Shown: positions 36,401 to 50,269 of the stretch, piece after piece
Position numbering within the stretch: the stretch's first letter is position 1
Layout of the letters: the number at the start of each line of letters is the position of its first letter
Origin: Octopus bimaculoides
Taxonomy: Eukaryota
Length of the DNA stretch: 64,000 bases
Assembly: GCF_001194135.2 (NCBI RefSeq)
Contig: NC_068983.1
Span: forward strand, 167,090,795-167,154,794
Direction: 5' to 3'
The notes under the pieces: generated by a model
Database searches by the model: none
Seen by the model: the letters and a program-made list of their open reading frames with translations, nothing else
What the model was told of the DNA's origin: nothing
Translations under genes and position numbers: made by a program

Positions 36401-36563
36401 TTATTATTATTATTATTATTATTATTGTTATTATTGTTATTATTATTGAGTTTGTCCAGTATTGTCTCCAAGGTATTTTGCAAACTGTTAGTGATGAATG
36501 CCCTGTCATTGATACCCTTGAGGCTAATAAAAGAAATGTTATAATGATAATAATAATAACAAC

Positions 36564-36619
<56 letters not shown>

Positions 36620-36621
36620 TA

Positions 36622-36668
<47 letters not shown>

Positions 36669-38462
36669 ATGTATTTGTAATTCATGTGTATAGAGTGAAA
36701 TTTCAGTAATCACAATTTGTCAGCCAATTATATTGGAAAGAAAACAAACTCCAAATTCTTGCAACTTCATAAAATTCTGGTAAAATGCATTTTTTTTTGT
36801 TTTTTTTTTAAGTAAAATCTCGTCTGTTGCAGTTTGCAGCTGTCAACAGCAGGGGTGACATATAATTGACTTGTACAGTAAAATCAATTAAGTTGTCTCC
36901 TGCCTCAGCTCATGGAGTCCCAGGGGCTGAGATAGAACATACTAAAAGATATATAAAACCATTAGTATTTGACATGGGTATCATATTGTAGGAGGCGTGG
37001 GCCCTTGGATTGTGGTGGGGGGTATGATTCAAATATTGGCTTTGGGTTGCTTGGATACCTGCTTGCAAATGTTTCGTTTAATTTCGATCGTTTATGTTTA
37101 TGGCAAATGAAGAATTGTGCCAACTTCCAGAACTTTGTCTACAATAAAATTATTAGTTATTTTGTCCTGTTGCTTGAAGGGACCAAAGAACTAACCAATC
37201 ACTCCACTGTATCTTTGAAGAGGTGCAAGACGCTATCTATGGATGCAGCTACAGCCCAACTCACTGTTACTACTACTGCTGCTGCTGCTGCTGCTGTTAC
37301 TACTACAACCACCATCACCTCCAGTATCATCATCAACTGCCATTATATGCCCATTATGGTGTCATAACGAAAAACTCTTTGTTAAATATCAAAATTCCTA
37401 TAAAACAGGGTTAGGTAGTAAAAGTATTGGACTCATAACTAACATTGGTGCTTCTTGATAGTTTTTGGTTTCTTTTTTTGACTTCATGGAGATCAAATAT
37501 AAATTTACTGGTGCACACACATAATTGTGCGGTTAAGAAGTTAGCTTCCCAACCACATGGTTCTGGACTCAGCCCCACTGCATTGCACCCTGGACAAGTG
37601 TCTTCTACTGTAGTTCCAGGCTGAGTAAAAGCTTTGAGAGTAGATTTGGTAGATGGAAACTAAATGAAGCTCATCATATGTGTGTGTGAGTGTGTGGTGA
37701 ATGTGTGTGTTTGTGTCTTCTTCTTTTCACATTGCATGACGATTGCAAACGAGTGCTATTGTCATACGAGCAGTATTCTTCATTTCCAATTTGCCATGTA
37801 AACCATTTTTTACCATGGGGAAACATTACCATGCTTAGAAACATGAAAGAGTTGGTGACTGGAAAAGTATCCAGCCATAGAAAAATTTTCCTCAACAATT
37901 TCATCTCACCTATGTAAGCACAAAAAAGTGGATGTTAAATCGACGACAATAATGGTAGAATTAGAAGAATAAAGAAAAGGAAAAGGAAGGCAGACTGAAT
38001 ATGTTTGGAAGACAGACGTTTCCATACATCTTCCATATGTCACTAATTGGTTGACTTATATAATAAACTTGAAATTTCATAACAACTCTTCCATTATTTT
38101 AACTTCCGGGATGAAACATTTCATAATTAATTCTAAACTTCCACCACAATTCCCACTCTTAGTCGCCTTGCTGACACAAGCCAATGTTCTTTCCTCTTTT
38201 TTATTACCATTCTTCTCGTTTGTATGATCATTTTTCTTGTTTATGTTATCGTTACTCGACACAGAGCTTGCCAAAAATAAGATTTCAATGGTGCAGGAAG
38301 CGTTTGCCATATTGTTGCCTAAATAAACACCTTAGCAGATTCTCCCAAAATGAAAACAACTGAAGCAGGCGGGAAAAATAAGATGACGACATTGGAAGAA
38401 AATCAATTAGTTTCTCTGAATGGTTACATCCGTTCGGCTGTGTAGGTGATACTGTTTAGCCA

Positions 38463-38497
<35 letters not shown>

Positions 38498-40694
38498 TGG
38501 TGGTGGTAGGGTGGTAGAAGAGAAAGGAGAAGCTGGTGTCTGATATTGCGTAAATTAGAGAAAAGTAGATCGTCTTTCTGGGGGTAAAGGAGAGGTTCCT
38601 CTTTCAGAACAATGGTGTTGACATTAAAAACAATCAATAGGAAAGTCACCAAAGAATTATTTAGAAAAGAATATGAAAAAATATAAAATGGAAGAAAGGA
38701 AAAATTGTTTTCCCTCTCTGTTTGGAAGCTCAAACCTTCTTCTTCTTCTTCTTCTTCTTCTTCTTCTTCNNNNNNNNNNTCTTCTCCTCCTCCTCCTCCT
38801 CCTCCTCCCCCTCCTTCTTCCACCCCCACCCCGAAGTTGAGAGCCTCTATATGGTCGTTTGATCTGCTAGACATAGCAGCCAGATTTCTGTCAAATCACA
38901 TCCACACCAAGATACAGATAGGTCAATCTTAGTATATTCCTTGACGTGGCATGAGCGACCCACCAGGGGCAATTGCCCTGGGCACACCATTTGAAAAGAA
39001 TAAAAATTAAGCTCTCTTGTAGTAAGGCAGTGAACTGCAGAACCATTCGTGTCTTGGACAAAATGCTTTGTGGCATTTCTTCCAACTTTTTACATTTTGA
39101 TTTCAAATCCTGCCAAGGTTGACTTTGCTTTTCGTTCCTCTGGGGGCAACAAAATAAAGAACCAGTTAAGAACTGGGATCAATGTCTTCATGTTTATTTC
39201 TACCTCTCAAAATTGCTGGCCTGGTGCCAAAGTTAGAAAGCAATTATTTCTGGCAATCTATTTCTTAAAAGAAACTGTAAAGTTTTATAACTGTTCCAGA
39301 AACGTAAGGAAGAGATTCAAATCAGAGATCAAAACACAACCACTTCTCAAGGCCAGCTTCCTATGCATTTATCTCATTCTCAATGATTCTAGTCTCTTTG
39401 CTTACAGATATTTATAGATCCTGTTTAAAACACCCAGCCAAGGGTATAACTTTGTTTGCTATTTTCCAACTGTAATCTAAAAATAACTAAAACCAATCAC
39501 CGACCAAACAATCATCTGACATAGAAACTCTTTGAACAGTTGGAAACTAGTGATGCTTAGAAAGGTCACCATTTTGTATTATTTCCATGGCTTCTTCTTC
39601 TTCTCTCATGTGGGTAGTCATGTGGTCCCTCTCTAGTAAGAAACCTTTCTCTGCTCTGACCTCTTTTCTCATAGAATGAACCCATTTTTCTCAGGGTTCA
39701 TAGATACATAACCTCACTTGCACTGGTGCCATGAAAAAAGCTTCCAAAACATGATGTAGAATTGTTGGTGTTAGGAAGAGCATCCAGCCATGGAAACCTA
39801 TCCAAAGTATATGATGGAACACAATACTCTCCATGGACCTGTTGGATCCTGTCAAACCATCCAACAAATGCCAGCATGGAATAACGATTTTCAACGATGA
39901 TGGTAACATTTTCCTCACTGAAGTCTTTCTTAATCACTATTGCAAAAATATAAAAACCTGAAAAAGATACTTCACTTATGCAGCTATTTGTAAGAGGAAA
40001 TAAATGGTCCACTGACAAAGAATGGGAAGTTTAAAGTAAACAGCACTTGTGCATAAAGTTAAACATTACTAAATAATGATGTTGGCAGTCTTCCAAAAAG
40101 AAAAAAAAAAGAAAAATGGCAGACGAACTTAACAAGAAATAAACAAATAAAACAGATGGATTAGTTATCTCCCTTCATTACCGAGACGCCATTACAGTTA
40201 AAGCTATTAAAGTTAATTGCATTCAAACTTCTAATGAACTGTCTTTTAATGTTGACATGCACTTGAGAATAGATTAGTTATTATCTTGTAAATTAACCAA
40301 ATAGACTGACTTGCATTTAATCATAAATTTTATTGCAGACCTCCTGCTGTTGTCTAGTCTAAAAACAAAACATGATATGCATTTCCATGCTGCAAGCCTG
40401 AGATTTTTATGGAGAGACCAAGAGGTATTTATATGTTGAAAATATCTCTCTTGTATCTCACTGATATGTTACAGAACAGAGCACAGAGCAATTTATGGGT
40501 ATCAACTCTTGTGATTTCAAAAATTGACTGTTAAGAGTTGTATCCACAGCATTCTTTAAACCCAAGACGATTAGAATAAAACAATAAAGCAAATGTGTTT
40601 GTGTTGTTACTGGAGTTCCTTTTAAAAGGAATACATCTTTGAAATCAATCAACCTACATTGGCTGTCTAGAAAGCATACACACACACACATATA

Positions 40695-41235
40695 TTTATC
40701 ATCATCATCATCCTCATCATCCTTTAACATCTGTTTCCCATGTTGGCATGGGTCAGAAGGTTTGACCAGAGCTGGCAAGCCAGAGAGCTAGATCAGGTTC
40801 TAATCTGATTTGGCTTGGTTTCTACGGCTGGATGCCTTTCCTAATTTCCTGACACCAACCACTTTACAGTGTGTGTTGGGTGCTTTTAAGATGGCTCCAC
40901 AAAAAATGTTTTTACATGGTGCTGGCACAAGTGCTCCTAATGTGGCACCAGCACAGGGCTCTTGCAGGTTGATCCTCTTTATGAGAGGGAACAGCCTTAA
41001 CACTTCTGCTGTGGAGGACAGGTTTTCTTGAGTACAGCAAGGCATCAAGGTGTCTTGGTCTTTCTCATCCTCTCCAAAAGGTTCAGTATCCTGAGGTCAT
41101 CCTTCAGTATTTTGTCCCATGTCTTTCTGGGTCTACCTCTTCCACAAATTCCATCCACATTAACACTTTGTTATGCAACTGTCCATATCCATCCTCATCA
41201 TATAACAACACTAACATTGCACACCCAGCATACCA
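40695..41235 (-). mobile_element. RTE 3' fragment
   Basis: (CAT)n start and the tail AACATCTGTTTCCCATG..GGCTGGATGCC. An RT C-terminal remnant lies at 41030-41230. Confidence 0.75.
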
Positions 41236-42132
41236 GCTCCTGGTTTTATGATATAAAATTTCTCTTTTAAAATGATCTACATTAAAATCTTCCATCAAAA
41301 TTTCTTGCTAACTTATTTTCCAAACCCCAGGTTAATAAAGACACAGTTATTTTAATAAATTCTTCAGAATCTTTAGAATAAACTGAAATAAAGATTGTGT
41401 ATTTCAAGTGAAACATGATAATGAAAGCAACAAGCTTTTGACGAAGGGGCTCTTGATAATGTTTCTCATTTGGTGTTGCAAATGTTGATCAAAAGCAGAC
41501 AATTCGATTCCTGGAAGATCTGGTCATCAGAGTCAACAGATGATGGGTCGGATGGTGTTAATTTGTTTGTTAAGTACCTGGCATCTGGCTGTTTGTATTA
41601 AATACAGTTGGCTCCATCGTGGTGTTCAGATGTTGGATTCATGCATTGTATGGCAGCATCTGTTTGGTCTTGCTCTCTTGGTCCACCAGGAATATAACAT
41701 TTCATCACTTCTGTATGACTTGGTTTTTGAATCACTACTGTAGAAGTTGGAGATGGGTCTGAATCAGAAACCATTATTACCATGGTCTAGTTAATTGATT
41801 AATTGATGAGGATGATGTTGATGATAATGATGTTGATGATGACGACGATGATGATGATGATGATGAGGAGGAGGAGGAGGAGGATGACGACGATTCTGTA
41901 ACAAGCCCCAGCAATACAATGCAATGGTTGCAGGAGGTTGTACATTCTTAGAAGCCACATGTGGAAACAGATTTTGGTAAGTTCTCCCTTTCATCCAGCT
42001 CTTCTATGTTTCAACAGAACCTGGTATGTTAACTAATTAATTGTTATTCTAGTTTCAATAGCAAATTAAAATTAATTAGATAAGCTAGTTGGCACCAATA
42101 CCTGAAATCTAAAAGCAGCACTGGAACACAAT

Positions 42133-42202
<70 letters not shown>

Positions 42203-43078
42203 NNNNNNNNNNNNNNNNNNNNNNNNNNNNNNNNNNNNNNNNNNNNNNNNNNNNNNNNNNNNNNNNNNNNNNNNNNNNNNNNNNNNNNNNNNNNNNNNNN
42301 NNNNNNNNNNNNNNNNNNNNNNNNNNNNNNNNNNNNNNNNNNNNNNNNNNNNNNNNNNNNNNNNNNNNNNNNNNNNNNNNNNNNNNNNNNNNNNNNNNNN
42401 NNNNNNNNNNNNNNNNNNNNNNNNNNNNNNNNNNNNNNNNNNNNNNNNNNNNNNNNNNNNNNNNNNNNNNNNNNNNNNNNNNNNNNNNNNNNNNNNNNNN
42501 NNNNNNNNNNNNNNNNNNNNNNNNNNNNNNNNNNNNNNNNNNNNNNNNNNNNNNNNNNNNNNNNNNNNNNNNNNNNNNNNNNNNNNNNNNNNNNNNNNNN
42601 NNNNNNNNNNNNNNNNNNNNNNNNNNNNNNNNNNNNNNNNNNNNNNNNNNNNNNNNNNNNNNNNNNNNNNNNNNNNNNNNNNNNNNNNNNNNNNNNNNNN
42701 NNNNNNNNNNNNNNNNNNNNNNNNNNNNNNNNNNNNNNNNNNNNNNNNNNNNNNNNNNNNNNNNNNNNNNNNNNNNNNNNNNNNNNNNNNNNNNNNNNNN
42801 NNNNNNNNNNNNNNNNNNNNNNNNNNNNNNNNNNNNNNNNNNNNNNNNNNNNNNNNNNNNNNNNNNNNNNNNNNNNNNNNNNNNNNNNNNNNNNNNNNNN
42901 NNNNNNNNNNNNNNNNNNNNNNNNNNNNNNNNNNNNNNNNNNNNNNNNNNNNNNNNNNNNNNNNNNNNNNNNNNNNNNNNNNNNNNNNNNNNNNNNNNNN
43001 NNNNNNNNNNNNNNNNNNNNNNNNNNNNNNNNNNNNNNNNNNNNNNNNNNNNNNNNNNNNNNNNNNNNNNNNNNNNNN
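42203..43078. other. Assembly gap (876 N) opening in a (CA)n array
   Basis: A run of N. Smaller gaps elsewhere also mostly abut microsatellites. Confidence 1.
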
Positions 43079-44027
43079 CCTCCTTCTCACCATCACCATC
43101 ATCATTATTTAACGTCCATCTTACATGCAGGCATGGGTGGGAGGGTTTGACAGGAGCTTGGAAGCTGGAGAGCTACACCATGTCCATTTGTCTATTTTGG
43201 TTTGGTTTCTACATCTGGATATCCTTCCTAATACCAACCACTTTACAGGGTGCATTGTGTGCATTTTACATGGTACCATTTCTAGTGCTTTTCATGTGGT
43301 ACCAGCACTGTGGCACCAACATGTGGAACCAGCATGGGTGCTTTTTACATGGCACTGGCAACTATGAGGTCACAAATTAGCTGAGAGAGGTAGTGGAACC
43401 AATAGTTTAGAGTATGGTGTAAAAGACACATCTTGGAGACTGAACCTCTGACTTCATGATTGCAAAGTGAAGTGTTTAACCTTTCAGCCATGAAGCAGCG
43501 TCAAACAAAAAGATGCTTCCATCTCCTAGATTTCTCAATGGGTCACCTAAGAATTAATTTGGTTCTGTGTTGCTTAACTTTGCTCATTGGAGAAGAAGCG
43601 ATATTTTCTTTTTCATTGGAATAATGTCTGGAAACCTTCTTGTATATAACAGGTATAGATGTGGCTGTGTGGTTGAGAAACTTGCTTCACAACCATTTCA
43701 GTTTGGGTTCAGTCTCAGTGCACAGCACCTTGGGCAAGTATCTTCCACTATAGCCCCAGGACAAAGCCTTGTGAATAGATTTAGTTGACAGAGTCTGAAA
43801 CCTGAAAGAAGTCCATCATAACCCATGGAATTCTGACCGAAATATACTTCCCTCAGTTCACTTTGAGGATGACCAATGGGATGGACCCTAATGAAGCTGT
43901 ACCAGTAATAATGCAAGGTTGCATTTACAACTGTGAGGAGTTGGTGCAGTGGAAACATGTGGTGGAGGTCATTATAATATGTTGTATGAAATTACAAAAT
44001 AAATTTTGTGGATGAACAAGCCTCACT

Positions 44028-44081
<54 letters not shown>

Positions 44082-44220
44082 TATTATTGTTGTTGTTGTT
44101 GTTGTTGTTGTTAATAATAATAATTATATGTACCCATGCCAACATGGAAAATGGATGTTAAATGATGATAATGACGCATGTATGTGTGTGTGTGTGTGTG
44201 TGCTTGTGTGTGCACAAATG

Positions 44221-44261
<41 letters not shown>

Positions 44262-44273
44262 ACNNNNNNNNNN

Positions 44274-44311
<38 letters not shown>

Positions 44312-44824
44312 ACACGCGTGAATGTGTGTATCCTTGCTTTGATGTTGCATGCTGTAAATGAGCTTCACTGTTATACAAGTGGTCTCATTTGTTTCCAGCC
44401 TTCTGTGATAAACATGTCCAGTCAAAGGGAAAATGTTACCTTGCTTGGAAACAGGTGAAGGTTGGCAACAGGAAAGGCATCTGGCCAGAGGAAATTTGCC
44501 CAAACAAATTCCATCCGACCCATGCAAGTATGGAAAAGTGGACATTAGATGATGATGATGATGATGATGAAGAATATATTCAGAACAGTGCTAGGCTGGT
44601 TCTTAAGCAACATAAACATACCAAAGGCGGTGTGCTCACTCACTTGACAAAATCTTATCAGCATTTGCAACTTAATGATATCCAGAAAGAAATTTAGTTT
44701 CTTTTCTCTTTTCTTTTATGGCTAAACTTTGATGGAAAATCTAGCTTTACAGATAACAGAGGAGAACAGCACTTTCATACTGCAACTGTGCAAAATAATT
44801 AACCCACATGTTACTCTATGCACA

Positions 44825-44888
<64 letters not shown>

Positions 44889-44896
<8 letters not shown>

Positions 44897-44897
44897 C

Positions 44898-44957
<60 letters not shown>

Positions 44958-45018
44958 GCCTATCTATCTATCTGCCTATCTATCTATCTGTCTGTCTGTC
45001 TGTCTGTGTCTATCTATC

Positions 45019-45074
<56 letters not shown>

Positions 45075-45075
45075 A
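44889..45075. repeat. (TCTA)n/(TCTG)n tetranucleotide array
   Basis: Seen directly in the sequence. Confidence 0.95.
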
Positions 45076-45191
45076 TACCTTTATATACAAGTTTGAGGAA
45101 ATATCTATGTATATATGTGTAAATATATATATGCATACAACTATACACACACACACGCACGCATGCACACATGTACATGCACGCACGCACA

Positions 45192-45254
<63 letters not shown>

Positions 45255-45792
45255 GCACAAGGAGAAAGGAAAGCAGAGCTATCGAATGTCAATCAAGATT
45301 TAATTCTGCTGTTTTGGGTTTATTTTTATTAACTTTATGTATTCTTTAGAATCTGGTTTTCTTTTACATTTTAAATTGATGAAATGAAACAAATTTATCA
45401 TCATCATCATCATCCTCATCATCATTATCACCATCATAGGTGCATCTTATGCAGCACCAGCCCCCACAATCCCACAAGATTACGACGCTTCAGCTGAAGT
45501 GAGATGTAGGGGGGGGGGGGCTCATACCTGTATGCAAGGACGACCATGATCTTCCTTAGCACAGGAAACTAGCAGAAGTCTTGGTTCCTTGTCATCTCCT
45601 CTGTGAGGCCCCAACATCTGAAGATCCTTTTGCATGACTTCATCCCATGTCTTCCTAGGACTACCCCTTCCACATGTTCTCTCCATAGAGATTGGTACTT
45701 CTTGATGCTGCTTTCCTTTCAATGTGCCAACTCTGAGGAAGTGAAAGGAGAGGTGGGAGGGAACATGGAGAAGGGAGATTATAATTCTTCTT

Positions 45793-45890
<98 letters not shown>

Positions 45891-45996
45891 GTATAAACTT
45901 CTTTAGAAGTGGTGAAGGGTATTTTTAACTCGTTAAATTCCTCAGTAGACGCACTTTTGGTTAATATACACATAAACGCACATACATACACTCATA

Positions 45997-46036
<40 letters not shown>

Positions 46037-46534
46037 CAAGCATTCATACACATGCATACAAACATACATATGTACATACATACACATCTGTCCATCCATA
46101 CATACATATACATCTATCCATACTTATGCACACATGCTCACAAATTCACACATGCACCCCCACACACTCACACACACACACACACGTACACACATGCGAC
46201 CCCCCCCCATCTATGCTGAAAACTGTGGAATCGGATCCTTCCCCAGGGGGTTACATGTAGGTTTAATATCTTCTTATTAAGAGTATTTCAAGCTTATGTT
46301 TCTGCTGTTTTTCTCCTTTAGTCATTTCACTGTTTGTTTTAATCTTATTACGCTCATTACTCACAGCAATAATTGAATTTCTTTGACGGCGGGGTCAGTA
46401 CGGCATTCAGCAGAGTGAGTGTTTGGCCTGGAATATATTTCTGTTTGCTTCTCCATCCTGCCAGAAACAAAGTATCACCAATCTGTAAAAGCTGCAAGCA
46501 TGGAAGCGGATTTGGTTGGCTTTTTACCACTCTG

Positions 46535-46735
46535 TCTTTTATCTTTTACTTGTTTCAGTCATTAAACTGTGGCCATGCTGGGGCACCACCTTGAAGAATT
46601 TTTTAGTTGAGTGACTTCACTGCAGTACTTTTTTTTTAAAGCCTGCCACTAATTTTATCAGTGTCTTTTGCTGAACTGCCAAGTTACAGAGACGTAAACA
46701 CACCAACACTGGTTTTCAAGCAGTGATGGGGAACA

Positions 46736-46774
<39 letters not shown>

Positions 46775-46925
46775 TGGGATTCTTTCAGTTTCTGTCGACC
46801 AAATTGATTCACAAGGCTTTAGTTGGCCCTTGATACAGAAGACACTTGTCTGAGGTGTCACACAGTGGAATTGAACTCAAAACCATGTGGTTGGGAAGCA
46901 AACTTCTTAACCACATAGCCATACT
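46535..46925 (-). mobile_element. SINE family B, full length with internal (CA)n
   Basis: It is the reverse complement of 63301-63710 from head to the tail GACTGAAACAAGTAAAAGA. Confidence 0.85.
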
Positions 46926-47214
46926 TGAGCCTTTACTCATAAATCAAATGAAAATCTCCAGACAAGCTTTAACTTGTATCTAGACTCTGGAGTCAAAGAA
47001 TCAAAAAATCAGTTTTATCAGACAAAATGCCCTGTGCTATTCATTTGCGTATCTTTACTTCTTGAATTTGAATCTCATTGATTGTCTTCCTTTTGAGGAA
47101 GAAGATAAAGGTACCCCCACCACCACCACAGTCAATTACTTGGCTTTTGATGTCTTCAACTGCTCACGTCCCGTATTATTTGTGATCTTGAGCGTATTAG
47201 ACACCACAAGGTTC

Positions 47215-47615
47215 TCTCCTTGAAGTGGTGTGGTGGTTTGTATGCCTTAATGACCCTCAGAACACAAACTCCAAGCAGGACCTCCTATGCTGGATGGGTC
47301 AAAGGATGAAAGCCAAACTAATATGGATCACCTGTTCTTAGAGGTAAAAAATGAGATTGTGTAGAGTCAGCATCCCTACCAAGAAAAAAAGAAGCAAAGT
47401 TTTGGAAGTATCAATGACAATTCAAGAGGAGTAAGTCAAAGGAGATGAAGGCCTTGACTCCGGGAAAGGTTAGATCCTGGGGTGGAGCTGAAAAAGCAGG
47501 GGTCTTGCTGGAGAGAAAGAAAAAAAGCAACTTAGGGTTGGGAACAGTGGAGAAAGCTCATCAACGGCCTCTGTTTTCCATTGGGAGCAAAAGGCTTAAG
47601 TGAAGTAAATGAAGC
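47215..47615 (+). mobile_element. Bipartite non-autonomous RTE derivative (5' UTR-like head joined to an RTE 3' tail)
   Basis: The head CTCCTTGAAGTGG..GGTTTGTATGCCTTAATGACCCT..GGATGGGTCAAAGG resembles recalled RTE/BovB 5' UTRs. The tail encodes LINGLCFPLGAKGL and ends AAGTGAAGTAA. There is no RT between them. Confidence 0.5.
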
Positions 47616-47746
47616 ATGCTTATTATATTTGAAACCATTGTGAGTATTTTTCATTTTCTCTTTTAAAATATAAATGGTTATTTGTCCTTCAACCCTTAGT
47701 AAATGATATTAACACTCCATTTTATATCAGGGAAACATTAGATGTA

Positions 47747-48312
47747 CAAGGTCTGATCAAAAAGAACTGGGACTGTTGTCATGGTAACAGTGCTAAAGTA
47801 CACAGAGTGTACTTTAGCTTGGCACAGGTTGACCTTGAACTCTGTCATGTATGCACACTGAATTCTAACATTCTTGCTCGCTTGCGTTGTCTATAATGGT
47901 GCTTGGTAGTAATGTGTGTAGAGTGTGGTCATCTCAAAAGCAAGATGTGGTTTCAGCTATTCAGGATCTCTTTGATAGAATCAAGGAAAAAGAAAACTTT
48001 TCAAAAATGGTCAGAAAAATGGTGATGCATCATGGGTTTATAGTTATGACCCTGAAACCAAGGCTCAGTCTCCACAGTGGAAGCCCAAACAAGATTTCAA
48101 GGTGAAGAGAAAATCCAAGAGAATGTGATGAGGCAGCTGATTGCTATCCCTAGAAAAGGAATTCCAGGATTGCTTCCATCAATGAAAATGACACCGGATA
48201 AACGTGTGCAGCTTCAGAAGGGGACAATTTTGAAGGGGATTAAATGCTGAATTGATACAGGTTGTAGTTTTCTTAAAGCATCTGTCCCCTGATACTTTTA
48301 GATCAGACCTCG
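47747..48312 (+). mobile_element. Second mariner, internally deleted, different subfamily
   Basis: TIRs (TA)CAAGGTCTGATCAAAAAG / CTTTTAGATCAGACCTCG. Transposase pieces GDASWVYSYDPETKAQSPQWK and RFQGEEKIQENVMRQLIAIP..NFEGD*. Confidence 0.85.
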
Positions 48313-48845
48313 TCTATAGGCAATCAACTATATCTTTACTCCTCTACTTTTTTGTTTTGTTTTTGTGTCTAGTCAAACAAGCATAATCTGTATATTAATA
48401 CAATAGTACCAGGAATCCAGAAAGTACCAGGAATTCAAAAGGTACCTGAATTGTACATGGAATTCAAAAAGTACAGCTTTGTCACACACTGCCTGAGAAT
48501 TACATTAAGAGTATGCATATCTGTGGAATACTCAGCCACTAAGAATGTTATTCAAGAGCAGATAATTCAGTTGATCAAACAACTGACTCTTCCTCCTCCT
48601 CACTGTCAAATGATAGAGATTCACCAAAATGATGGAAGATAAAAAAAATATTGATTTCATTTAATTGATGATGACGATGACGATGATGATGATGATGATG
48701 ATGGACCTCATTTACTGAAGAGGAATGTATTTTTGGAAGGAATGGTATTAATTGAATGAGTTGCTTTCCTGTAATTCACTGAAGAAACCCAAGGCATGTC
48801 CATGACATGTGGATTTTATAACTACATTCAGGATAAAGAACAGAC

Positions 48846-48925
48846 TACTACTACTACTACTACTACTACTACTGCTACTGCTGCTGCTGCTACTACTACT
48901 ACTACTGCTACTGCTACTGCTGCTG

Positions 48926-48960
<35 letters not shown>

Positions 48961-48988
48961 GCTACTGCTGCTGCTGCTACTACTACTA

Positions 48989-49058
<70 letters not shown>

Positions 49059-49070
49059 CACCAGCAGCAG
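48846..49070. repeat. Interrupted (ACT)n/(GCT)n trinucleotide array with higher-order blocks
   Basis: Seen directly in the sequence. Confidence 0.95.
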
Positions 49071-50269
49071 CATTAGTGATATTATGCAACTCGTATGCTT
49101 TAACGTCTATCAATGTTTCTTTTCTTTTATTTTTTCATAAAGAATTACTCAAGCAATTTTAAGAACCGACAACACTGTATCAGACGACAGAACAATATAC
49201 TTCTTCCTCAACTCATTCTTCTTTATTTTCTCTTTCTCTGTTTTTTTTTTTCTTTTCTTTTTTGCTTAATGAGATGATAGAAACGGTTGAACAACCAACT
49301 AAATATCTAACCATGTATAATTACATTCCGAGTTCAAATCTTAACTAAGCTCAACTTTACTTTTAACCCTCCCTCCTGCCACAATCAATATGAAATATAA
49401 ATTTCAGTCACGTAATTAATTATGTTTGATGGCGTTGACTTATATTTCTTCCTTGACATTTGTGGATTGGTGCCAAAGTTAAAAATCCTTATCTATTTAG
49501 ATATCGGTTTGTTGAAAGACATAAATCTTGTCAATGTTTCTGGAAGATTCTACTCCACATACAGAAACAAATATTCACTTCTCAAGACACTTGTCTCAAC
49601 TTCTTGAAATATTTGTTGTATTTTTGTATATTGTTTTTCATCTTAAGTCTGAACTGGTAGAAACAGAACAACCCTGGATGTGCTGTCAGTTCTAATTCCA
49701 CTGAATTCAACTTTACTTTATATCTTTCTGGGGCTGACAAAATGAACAGCAGTAATATATTGGATGTTAAATTGACATCACCATTTTGCTCTTCTGCCTA
49801 GTCTAGAAAAACCATTATAATACTGGAATTTTTTGTCTACATCTTTGGGTTAATGTCTTTGTTATGTTTTAGACATTCTGGCAGCATGGGAAAAATTGTT
49901 TTGTGGTATTTGTCCTGGCCTTGACATTCTAAGTTCAAATTCTGTCAATGTCAACATTGCAATTCAACCATCCACGGTTGATAAAATAAAATACCAGTGA
50001 ATTCCTGGGATCAATGGAATTGAAAACCCTCCTCCCCTCAAAATTATTGGCCTTTTGTTTAACTATTATTTCTTCAGCAAATCTATTAGAGTGTTGAAGA
50101 AGTCTCTTGTGGCTTTGTCCTGGTACTTTACATTTGGACTTCAAATTTCTTCTGGGTCTATAAAATAAAGAACCAGCCAAAGGTTGACAGTATTGACTGA
50201 ACTCCTCCTCCTCCTCCTCACAGGGGCTGTTGACACTGTGATGCAACAGAAAACTTCTAATCTCCCAGT

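Noticed and set aside
643-49162. Many track ORFs of poly-YI, HT, CV, LS, N, L, S or T (e.g. 643-906, 2873-3377, 33445-33905, 36336-36713, 44729-45349, 48748-49162)
   Set aside because: They are translations of stop-free microsatellites or N gaps, with no coding signal.
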